This document shows positions 11,460-20,767 of a DNA stretch of 21,075 bases, in pieces. The DNA is taken from positions 567,919 through 588,993 of the forward strand of contig MU058017.1 of the NCBI GenBank assembly GCA_013265495.1, in the 5' to 3' direction. The translations under genes were made by a program, and so were the position numbers. The notes beneath the pieces were generated by a model. The model saw nothing but the letters and a program-made list of their open reading frames with translations. It did not search any database and was not told the origin of the DNA. How positions within the stretch are numbered: position 1 is the stretch's first letter; each line of letters begins with the position of its first letter. Origin of the DNA: Vicugna vicugna (Eukaryota).

Positions 11460-11835
11460 CAGTCAATGTTCATTTATTAAGTACTTTCTATGTTAAGTGA
11501 GACAAATCTGAGGGGAAGAAAGCCATTTAACATAGAACCAGCATATAATAGGCTCCGATAAACTGTAGTTCCTTTCCTCTGTGCTACTATATCCAAAGTT
11601 TTGTGCTATATGGTGAAAAATAAGACAAATCCCTTGCTATATAAGCACAATATATTTTATTCTTGCTTCAGGATATTACAGCTAGGAGTTGATTGGAAAA
11701 GTATTAATATGGAGGAGGAGATAGAATAGTTAAAAGCTAAGTGAGTTACACAAGATGTATAAATAAAGTGCCCTTTCCATGCAGAGGAAGAAGTTATGCA
11801 TCTGGAAAGGTTTAAGAGAAGGTGGCACTTAGGAG
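11460..11835 (-). mobile_element. Decayed L2 3' fragment, interrupted
   Basis: 'catttattaagtactttctatgtt', 'ggtgaaaaataagacaaatcccttgct...tcaggatattacagctagg' and 'gaaaggtttaagagaaggtggcactta' follow the antisense L2 3' end order. Confidence 0.55.
11642..11664 (+). repeat. Exact 23-bp direct repeat, copy 1 (TAAGCACAATATATTTTATTCTT)
   Basis: Identical to 12754-12776. Confidence 0.95.
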
Positions 11836-12753
11836 TGCTGGTAAAGTTCCACCTCATTTGCTCCTTTGCTGTGGGCACCTAAGAGGTACAGTCACTAAGG
11901 AGGAGCTGGTCTGGTACCAGGTCTGGCCCCAAATGGGGCTCAGGGGCAGATTTACTATCCACATTCCTCTTGTGTGCTGGTGCTGTCCTCTTCCCATGAA
12001 GGACTGTTTCTTATTTCTATGTTTTTTTATGCATTTAAAGACTGTGTTGCTTAAGGTTTCTTTTGCTCATGGAAGAATAATGGAATAATGCTGAATTAAT
12101 ACAGATTTTAGGGCAATTTGGATTCTCATAGCAAGGAGGAAAGTGAATACTTTAATGTTCAAAATGTAGGAATTTCCCCATCTTGTAAAAGGATTGTTTG
12201 AAAGGTTCATTTGTAAAATATTTCCCCATAGCAACACTGTTATTAAGGAGAGAACTGATTGCCAGAGTAGCACAATGAGACAGACATACTAAACCCATAA
12301 TAAACCTAAAAACCTGTATTTAGGTAACTGCGACAGTATGGTGATGTTGTAGCACAATAATATCATAGCTCACAAGATTTGTATGTAATGTGATTATTAC
12401 AGCATGTAGTAGAGAACAATATTCTTGCAAATGTATGGAATTTAAACTATATTTCAGGTCAGCTAGCTTTTTGTGGACTAGCTGGGAGCCTGTGTTTTAC
12501 GTAAAACATGGTATTAATAGTAAATGTGTTCCAGGTTCCCACTTTGGATTCCAGGTGAATACCTCCCTGCCATATCCATGGCAGCCTCTGGCCAACTAGC
12601 CTGAGGAAAATCAAGTAGCTCTGGAAATACTCTTGCTCTCCAGGTGTCATCTTCTTGAGCAGAATGTAGGTTGGCTTTATAGAGAGGGAACATTCACAAG
12701 TCAGGTGTATAACCCAGAGAATGCATGTATGTATTTTATGTGACCAGGAGAGT

Positions 12754-12776
12754 TAAGCACAATATATTTTATTCTT
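12754..12776 (+). repeat. Exact 23-bp direct repeat, copy 2 (TAAGCACAATATATTTTATTCTT)
   Basis: Identical to 11642-11664, 1112 bp apart. Confidence 0.95.
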
Positions 12777-12946
12777 AGCTCTCCCAGGTTCAAGCATGAC
12801 AGCATGTTCTTTTAAGCAACTTGCAGTCACCCATGTTCATGACTGGAAAAGCTGAAAACATCTCCCTTTAAAGGATGAATCATAATTCAACTAGCTTTAC
12901 AGTTGGCTTCATAGATTTAGTGGGCTGTCGCTCAGCAGGACTGGTT

Positions 12947-12981
12947 GTTTTGTTTTGTTTTGTTTTGTTTTGTTTTGTTTT
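12947..12981. repeat. (GTTTT)7 microsatellite
   Basis: Seven perfect pentamer units. Confidence 0.95.
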
Positions 12982-13377
12982 TACCATATCCCATAACATA
13001 TGAATGGTCATATTTGTGGGTTCTTCAAGGTACTGTATTTCCTTTCTGCTCATGGACAAGAGCTTATGTTTTTTGCCTCCTTTTCCAGAAGAGGCCAAGT
13101 TCCTGGCCAGATGTCTACCAGATACAGTTTAAGGAACTTAGTTCAACAGTAACATAACTATTAATCCATGGCAATGTTTCTTGGCATATAGATTGGTTTC
13201 ACTAAGCCAAAACAGGATAATCAATACAGACTGAAATAGAATTCATTTCTTGTTACTGTACTTATGACAGCAGACTTCTCCACTTTCTCTCCATAAATTA
13301 CCTGTCATCTTTAGTGGAAAACTCCTTCCTTTTAACTAATCTCCATGGTGTTTTCTCCTCTTGACTCAGGACAATCA

Positions 13378-13390
13378 ATTGCCTAGCAAC
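13378..13390 (-). promoter_or_regulatory. Candidate RFX X-box (13-bp form)
   Basis: ATTGCCTAGCAAC (minus strand GTTGCTAGGCAAT), one mismatch from GTTGCTAGGCAAC. Confidence 0.4.
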
Positions 13391-14287
13391 CTGAGCCCAT
13401 GGAACAGGTGCCTTATTAAAAGACTGTGGTTAAATGTTAGGTAAACTCTAACAGTGATTACTACAAAAGAAAAGAATGTTGACAGTTGATGAGGGTTTGA
13501 CAAAGGAGCCCCTCACCTATGTTTGATCGGGCCCTAAGCTGTTAAGATAGGCTTTCTGTAAAGGAGGCATGCAGCTCAGTGGAAGAGAGAACCATTTGCT
13601 TCTACAGGGAATTGCTGTGCTTCCATATTCTAAAGTATGAGTCATGGATGTCTTTATGATTACACATCCCTCCTAGCGTATGAGGAATAAACTTTAGAGA
13701 AAGGGAAGTTAAGAGAAAACAGAAGTGTGAATAACTATTAATGGTGCTGTCTCTGGCTCCATTCCGTCTGCCATTTCATCTTACATAAAGGGGGTAGTTC
13801 AGAGATTCCTTTCCTGGCAAATAAGTGGCAACATATGTTTGAAACAGTGAATGGAAACTATAGGGAGAAAATGACAGGCATATGGCATTAGGAAGGCAAG
13901 GGAAATTTTGTTGCCTTAATGTTAGCTGCATAATTGATGTGCTTTTCCATAGAGGGGCTGTTTTAGTTTAAGAAGTCTACATGCTCCATTAGTAAATTAT
14001 TTCTGTGTATTTGTTTTTGTTTTGTTTTGTTTTTTCATGAATGGCCATCACCTTAAGCCATTCTTAATCCATATAGAGGTCTTGAGAGAAAGGTTCCCAA
14101 AGGGGAAAGACAAAACCTAGTCAGGAAATAGGACCTTTATTAAAGTAGCAAAAATGAAAAGTGGGGAAGCATTTAGGAATAGTCACTTCCAAGGACTGAG
14201 AATAGAAGAATGGGCCCCGAATTACTGTCTTCAGACTGCTCTTTTTTTAAATGATAATTCTACAGTGACAATGTTTAGGATTTATTT

Positions 14288-14301
14288 GTTGCCATAGCAA
14301 C
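14288..14301. promoter_or_regulatory. RFX X-box (14-bp near-palindrome)
   Basis: GTTGCCATAGCAAC fits the RFX consensus GTTRCCATRGYAAC exactly and lies in unique sequence. Confidence 0.6.
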
Positions 14302-15057
14302 TAAACCTTTGCTCAATAGTTTAAGATTTCACAAGTTACTTTAAAGGCCAAGCGTTTGTTTTTGTTTCACAAAGTATGCATTAATTAATATTTACCTTCT
14401 AATAAGCTGAAAGCACAATGATTTACTTTGAAAAAATAAATTTTCTTAACTTTAAAAAAATCAGTGTATGCTAAGGGTGCTAAAACCCATTTCCAGATGT
14501 ATGTCATACATGGCTAACAAACAGGAAATGTGTTTTAAGTCTCTAAAATTTGATTACCGTCTGTTGTTATAGTAAAGTACTTGAGAGAAACATAATTTGT
14601 TTCTCAGAACAATTTTGTTTTGTTTTGATTGTTCAGAAATGATCATGGCAAAGAATATTATCAGCCTTCATGTTTCTAAGATTTAATTAGCTAAGAAGAC
14701 TTTAGTTGTTCAGGTTGTGGGGAAGAAATCCTTGGTGTTATTATTGATTTGTGCCTTGACAATGAATAATACTAGCGTGAACAAAGAACTTAATAGTATA
14801 TATATAACACTGTAAATATGATTTAAACATGTCTCAATACTGTAGAACCTGATTATTCTGTACCTTCTCTTCCAATATCCTGCTTTATTATGATTGGCAT
14901 CAGTGGTATGATTTTTTTTATGTGTGGTCTCATGCTTTAAAAATAGATACCTAAGTAGGTAATATAAACAGAATGTTATGCTTGTAGTCAGAAGTTTCTG
15001 TATATATTTACATGTATAATAAAGCAGGACATGGTAGAAAGAAGACGTGACTGTTTT

Positions 15058-15358
15058 ATAGCCTGCTTGCTACCAATTTTTGTACCACCCACAAGCTAAG
15101 AATGGTTTTGTATTTTTAAATAATTGGAAAATACCAAAATAAGAATAATATTCCATGATACGTGAACATTATGAAATTCAAATTTTAATGTCCATAAAGT
15201 TTATTGGAACATAGCCACATCCATTTATTTATATATTATTGGCTGTTTTCCTGCCATAACAGGAGAATTGAGTAGTGGCAACAAGATCCTCTGGCCTACA
15301 AAGCCTAAAATGTTTACAACCTGGTCCTTTACAAAAAGAAAAAGTTTTCTGACCATTG
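15058..15358 (+). mobile_element. MER58B non-autonomous hAT-Charlie DNA transposon, 5' end missing or decayed
   Basis: 'agctaagaatggtttt...gaaattcaaatttt..tgtccataaagtttattggaacatagccac...ttgagtagtggcaaca...caaagcctaaaatgtttac..ctggtcctttaca..aaaagttttctgaccattg' follows the MER58B consensus through the right terminal inverted repeat. Confidence 0.9.
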
Positions 15359-15502
15359 TTCTATGTCTTTGGAAATAAATACAATTCAAAACAAAGCAAA
15401 AAAGTGGGTAACTGAAAGTTTGCCTTTTTATATATCTTAGCTAATTTGTATTTATTTGCCTGACATCAAAGTTTTAATTTTCTGTTCTAGTTCTTTTTTT
15501 AG

Positions 15503-15583
15503 ATCTTGTACTGTGTATATTCTCTGAAGATTTACTAATCCATTATTGCCAAGAGAATGGGTGTCTTTTGGTGGAGTACTCAG
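15503..15583 (+). other. Candidate 81-nt exon
   Basis: Acceptor ttctttttttAG|, weaker donor CAG|GTGAAG, one open frame (phase 1-1). Confidence 0.2.
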
Positions 15584-17429
15584 GTGAAGTGTATTTGAGG
15601 AGAAATCTAGAATAGTGAAAGTACAAAACAAAAAGTTTTGTTTCTGAGACTAATGGAAAACAATGAGGCTCTGAACTGGTTATATTTAGTTTTTAATTTT
15701 TCTCTCATACCACTTTCTCTTATTTTACTTTGCCCAGAAAGAGGGATGTCCAGGATGAGTGATGGACGTTATAGGGGATTCTCTAAGAAATAACCTGTGT
15801 AGTGTGTCAGAGCTTTCTGCTTAAGTGTACCTGGCAAACAAACCACCATGGAAGTATCTAGTGCTCATGGCAAAATGACGTTTTCCTTGAGTTTAATCAC
15901 TGTGAGTAATTGAGGACTGACAGTATTAATAAGGTATCCTACCTTCAATTTGGATTCCTCATACTAATATTATATTTATTATTCTAACACTAGTTTTTTA
16001 TTCCTTGAATTAGCCATCAAAATGTATTTCTAAATAGGCTTAATCTAACTTATCAGACTCTCAGAAAGGAAGGAAACATTCAAAAGAATCCATCATTTAA
16101 ATGTTGCTTATCTGAGAGTTTAAATGTGATACATTATTATTTTTGTTGCATATTTTAACATTTTTAAAAGGTTATTAGAGAAAGAAGATATGTTTCTATG
16201 TTGTAGTTAGCATTATTTTTAGAGGTTATGTCGTGAGTATATGGAATGACAGATATTTCAAATAAACTGTTTTTACATAGGATTATACAATGCCCGGGGG
16301 TTATGTTTGCTCTGATTCTGTACATCCAGTCCCAGCCTTTTCAAAATCTTTTCCTTTAAAAATAGAGGCATAGGATGATCAGCTAAACAAAATTTTTCCT
16401 CCATAGTGACAGTTTTCTAACAGGTCGACTTTTGACATGCATACACTCACACATAAACACATACATGCTTTTTTCACTTCGTCCTAGTAGTTTTGTTTTG
16501 TTTTAATGTGACTTTGTAACTTTATTGCACAAGAATGTCAGAATAAGGTACAATTAAATGAGATATATTCCATGAACACTGAGTCTGAAGCTTTCATAGA
16601 AGTTTAGGTACCTTTCAGGCTATTCTATTATTAGATGATTATTAATATTAATACAAATCAGATTTTTGTTGGTATTTCAAATTACCTGAGAAAGGCTGGA
16701 TACACATAGAGAAAATGTAATCAGTCCTTTTTATTTAGGGCCTTAGAAATAGCTACAATAGATTTGCTTTGATTATATTAGATAGAGATTTTACATGTGC
16801 CTTTATTTAGAGACAAACTAGGAACTTCTTTCTTTTCATCTAAAAATATCTGTTTAGAGAAAGTAGTTCCTGGTGTTTGTTGATGTTTATTTTGTATCAT
16901 ATAAAAAGTCTGTTCAATTTTACTTAGAACAGGACATTTGGTTACAGTTTTCAAAAGCAAGTCATTGGTTTCCAATACCAAGTTATTACACTTTGCAGGT
17001 GTTTTGTTGATTTCTTAGCATGATACATCCTTTTAGCCTTAAGGAACATTACAAACACACTGCTGTTAAAAGTAGAAATCACAAATTTAAGATCATGTAG
17101 GAAATATTCCACCTAATTCTTTCAACAAAGAAATTCTCCATGAATTATATTGACTATATAATTAAAATAATGAAAAGTTATTGTATATAAAGGTTTTAGG
17201 TTTATTTGAAATCTGTGTGGTAGCTGTTTTGATTACTGCTGTTCCTTTTTTTCTAGCAGTTTCCCTCTTGTGTTCTCCAACAAAATATTTCTAAGATAAA
17301 GTGTGAGGAATGTCATGTAAGATGCACTGTTCCTGAAATTATTATGATGGGCATTTTGGACTCCCACCTGCATTTTGACTGTGACTCCACCATAGTCCAC
17401 CTTCAGGGCATTTTTCCTCAATGCCTAAG

Positions 17430-17661
17430 GATGATGAGCAAGGCTCTGGAGCCAGACTCCCTGTATTTGATCATAAGTTCTCCATTTATTGCTTGTGTAA
17501 CCTCTCTGTGCATCTGTTTCCTCATTTATAAAATGGGGATAGTGAGAGTACCTTCCTCATATGGTTGTTATAGTATGACTTATAGTATGAGTTATGGCCT
17601 TTAAGTGCTTAGAGTAGCACCTATATATATGGTAGGTATCCAACCAGTTAGCTCTTATTAT
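17430..17661 (+). mobile_element. MIR SINE, near full length
   Basis: 'gagcaaggctctggagccagact...aacctctctgtgcatctgtttcctcatttataaaatggggatagtgagagtaccttcctcatatggttgtt...gtgcttagagtagcacct...gttagctcttattat'. Confidence 0.9.
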
Positions 17662-17757
17662 ACATTCCTAAGACGGCATCTGTGGTGTTCTGGTTGTATG
17701 GGATCTGGTTGTCTGGTTGAAACCCTATTAATTCTAAGGTCAGAACCAACTTGGCAG

Positions 17758-17876
17758 TATTTTAGGATGAAATAAATATAAATATTCATGAAAGCTTTTT
17801 GAAAAGTTATAAGGTAATACATCTCGAACAGTGTTTGGCACATGGTTAATGCTCAGAAATACTTATAGAATTAATT
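17758..17876 (+). mobile_element. MIR/L2 3'-tail fragments
   Basis: 'aggatgaaataaatataaatattcatgaaagctttttgaaaagttataa' and 'aacagtgtttggcacatggttaatgctcagaaatactt'. Confidence 0.5.
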
Positions 17877-18043
17877 AAAAATTGAAAATATTATACACAT
17901 AAAATGGTGATGTCATTCTTAAAATTCATAGTGGCTAAATTCTGGAAATCAAAGCCATCTAACTGTTTCAGGTTTAGGAGAGATTATTCAGCTCTCATCT
18001 ATGTTAATGAGGTATGAACAACAAAGATGGTGATAATGAGAAT

Positions 18044-18257
18044 AATCATAACAGCTAATACATACCTGGTGCTTACTCTGTGTAAAACACTATTCTAAAC
18101 ACTTAATATTTACATAGATTAATTTGTTTAATCTTTATAGCAACCTGTAAGATGGTACTACTATTATTCCCATTGAATAAATGAAGCAACTGAGTGAGAG
18201 ATTATAAATAACCAGGGTTCAATCCAGGGAGTTTGGCTCCAGAGTGTGCTTTTAACT
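18044..18257 (-). mobile_element. MIR SINE with internal deletion
   Basis: 'ataacagctaatacata..gtgcttactctgtg..aaacactattctaaacactt...tttaatctttatagcaacctgtaagatggtactactattattcccatt...aaatgaagcaactgag...gggttcaatccagggagtttggctccagag'. Confidence 0.88.
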
Positions 18258-18404
18258 GTTATAAATAAGCTATAATTTCATAACAGTTATTTAGTCCAAC
18301 CTTTTTCCCCTTGTTTCATGTTCGTCGGAACAACATAAATTTAGTACCAAAGGTGCTGATCATTGCCTAACCCTGCATCTTTCTGCTCTCCCATGCAAGT
18401 AAAG

Positions 18405-18569
18405 CACTGATACTCAAATTGGGCTGCACATTAGAATTACCTGTTGTGCTTTCAACACAGTTGATGCTTAGGTCTTAGAGATTCTAACTTAATTGTTGCA
18501 CCCTGGGCATTGGGATTTTTAAAAGCTCCTCTGGTGAGTCTAATATCTAGCACAGTTTTAAGCCCATTG
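18405..18569. mobile_element. MER5A hAT-Charlie MITE
   Basis: Decayed terminal inverted repeats 'cactgatactcaaa' and 'ttaagcccattg'; internal 'gctgcacattagaattacctg', 'agagattctaacttaattg', 'ctgggcattgggatttttaaaagctcctctggtgagtctaat'. Confidence 0.85.
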
Positions 18570-19500
18570 GTCTAAAGGAAGATGAAATTTGTCTAGGACC
18601 TAGACCGTGACTGAGAGGGGCAGGGTATTGGGACAGTAAGATCTGGACCTTGCAGTATCCAGAAGTTGAAACTCAAGCCAGCATTTGCTTCTTGTTGAGA
18701 ATTCCTTCCTTTGTATGCAAGGAAGAGTGCATGGAAATACTAGGTGACAATGGATTTGGAATTTACCCAGGGATTACATTGTATATACTATTCTTTTAAC
18801 TTGTATTAAAAAACTCAAGTAAGCTTTAGCATTGCTTTAGTCATAGGGCCTTACATGGCCATTGAAAATGCTCAGGAAACATTTGGAAAAAACAAAATGG
18901 CTATAAGCAGGACTAGGATAGTGCCTTCCTGTAGGGTTACCAGCTTATTGCTACAATAAGAAAGTAGACTGACTTTGCTAAAATGTTTAGGAAAATTGAT
19001 ATTTATTTCAAATGTTTATGGTTTATCGTCTCAGAAGATTAATGCCAAATCCTCAAAAATGTAGTGACGAGCGATGACTCATTTTAGCTCATGTCAAAAC
19101 AATGCGCTTTTGTAATTTTCCTCTCCCTGGAGAAGCTATTAAACACTAAACACAAATGCCTCAGAATGAAACTGATTGAGTGTTTTAAATTATGTACTTT
19201 TGTTTGGCTATTAGCCAGATGTTCTTTGGGAAAGCTTACTGCACATGAAGAACTGAGATTTGCACTTACAATGATACTACACGGTTTATGCTGCTTAAAT
19301 ATCAGCGATGTGTATTCCAAAGCTAAATGGTTAAGCAAAGCTGAGTCTTTTTGCATAAACAGTTTGTGTCACTCCAGTCTCAGCCAAGTAATTTTTTTCT
19401 TTGTTAAACTCTGGACAGGATATACCTAATGGATAAGGTATTTTTCTCTACATTATCTTATTGGTAAATAGCACAGATTCCAAAAAGCATAAGAATATTT

Positions 19501-19588
19501 ATATATGTCTGTATGTGTATGTATGTATGTGTGTGTGTCTGTGTGTATATATATGTATGTGTGGGTGTGTGTGTATATATATATATAT
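19501..19588. repeat. Compound (TA)/(TG)/(TATG) microsatellite
   Basis: Read directly from the sequence. Confidence 0.93.
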
Positions 19589-19624
19589 TTGAGATTTATG
19601 TATTTGTTTCTTGTAAGTAGTACC

Positions 19625-19695
19625 AAATATCTTATCCCCAGGAGAGCTCAGCATAGTGTTTTCAATGTATTAGATACACAATATATATGTGTTGC
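19625..19695 (+). mobile_element. L2 3'-tail fragment
   Basis: 'tcttatccccag..gctcagcatagtg...tagatacacaatatatatgtgttg' resembles the L2 terminus. Confidence 0.4.
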
Positions 19696-19816
19696 TGCTA
19701 ATAATGATACCAATAAACAGAACAAAACATTTTCATAATTTCTTATGTTCTATCTGCCAATTCTGTAAGAAGTCTTTTAAGAATCAATGTTAAGCTAACT
19801 ATATTTTTTTTTCTAG

Positions 19817-19861
19817 GAACAAAACATTTTAATGATTGGCTTGCTTTTACCAACCTCCTAG
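19817..19861 (+). other. Candidate 45-nt exon
   Basis: Branch point CTAAC at 19795-19799, T-tract, TAG| acceptor, donor TAG|GTAATG, one open frame (phase 1-1). Confidence 0.3.
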
Positions 19862-20034
19862 GTAATGAGGATATTTACAATGTAAGATTAGACATTTTCA
19901 AGAAACACTTTTATCAGTATAGTTGACTCAGTATTAGTAACCAAGACATTCTTAGTACCACGTGGCATTTTTTGAGTAGACATTTAAGGGCATGGTCTTC
20001 TGACCACCGAAAGTATGGTGTTACTTGTGACAGT

Positions 20035-20093
20035 GTATAGCACACCCAGCACCTAGGAAAGTGTGGGTTCTTGATAGATATTTGTTGAATAAA
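20035..20093 (+). mobile_element. L2 3'-tail fragment
   Basis: 'cccagcacctaggaaagtg...cttgatagatatttgttgaataaa' resembles the L2 terminus. Confidence 0.5.
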
Positions 20094-20320
20094 CTTTCTA
20101 CTCACACTCATCACTTATGTGACAAGATGCAATTTCTTCAGATGCGTTTCCATGAGAGTACATAAAAGGGTAGTGAAAATTAAGTACCTTCAGGGTAATT
20201 CTATAACAAGGTGATAGACTATCATTCCTAAGGAAATTATCCTGATGCATAAGGGTATCCAGCTTATTACTCCATACTAAAATGGTAAATGGTGAAAAGA
20301 ATTGTAATTTGTGCTGTGTC

Positions 20321-20441
20321 TAAAAACTGTTGTTTTTTTTAAATTGGTGTACAGTCAATTACAATGTGTCAATCTCTGGTATATAGCACAGTGTCCCAGT
20401 CTTGCATATACATACATACATTCGTTAAAGACTGTAGTTTT
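20321..20441 (-). mobile_element. Short 5'-truncated L1 3'-end insertion with 16-bp target-site duplication
   Basis: T-tract followed by 'aattggtgtacagtcaattacaatgtgtcaatctctggtatatagcacagtg...catatacatacatacattc' (antisense L1 3' terminus), flanked by TAAAAACTGTTGTTTT (20321-20336) and TAAAGACTGTAGTTTT (20426-20441). Confidence 0.82.
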
Positions 20442-20767
20442 GATCCAGGGAAGAAACATTGGATTGTAGTCAATTCTTACCAGTAGACACTGAACAGCCA
20501 GAAAGGGTGAACAAGTCAATAGAATGCTTGTTAGGAAGGGATTCATGCTAAAATAATATCATAATGTTATTTTTGATTAAGAATGTGGCATATCCACTTC
20601 TTATTTTCTACCATTCTAGTTACCTGTTCTGAAAAATGTTTTAACCAGAGTTGGAGTTTTCACATAAGTCAAACAAAATGGTAATGAGATGACTACCACG
20701 TGAAGATAGTCAAAATTTATTTTTAGGTTGTAAATTGAAAAGATTAAAGTGGAAAAGAATATGATTA

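Noticed and set aside
13302..13460. Minus-strand 159-nt exon-like unit (ttcttttcttttgtAG ... CAG|GTAATT)
   Set aside because: Stops in all three frames, opposite strand to the other candidates, and no further support; a non-coding antisense exon cannot be excluded.
17568..17591. 12-bp tandem duplication TTATAGTATGA(C/G), plus a 10-bp one near 5332-5350
   Set aside because: Ordinary slippage-type micro-duplications; two units only, not a CRISPR-like array.
19084..19429. Antiparallel 90-aa and 112-aa ORFs
   Set aside because: No recognisable homology and no convincing splice sites; a regulatory reading of the region fits better.
19505..19738. ORF MSVCVCMYVCV..., and similarly 12945-13157 and 4705-4908
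   Set aside because: These are translations of microsatellites or low-complexity tracts.
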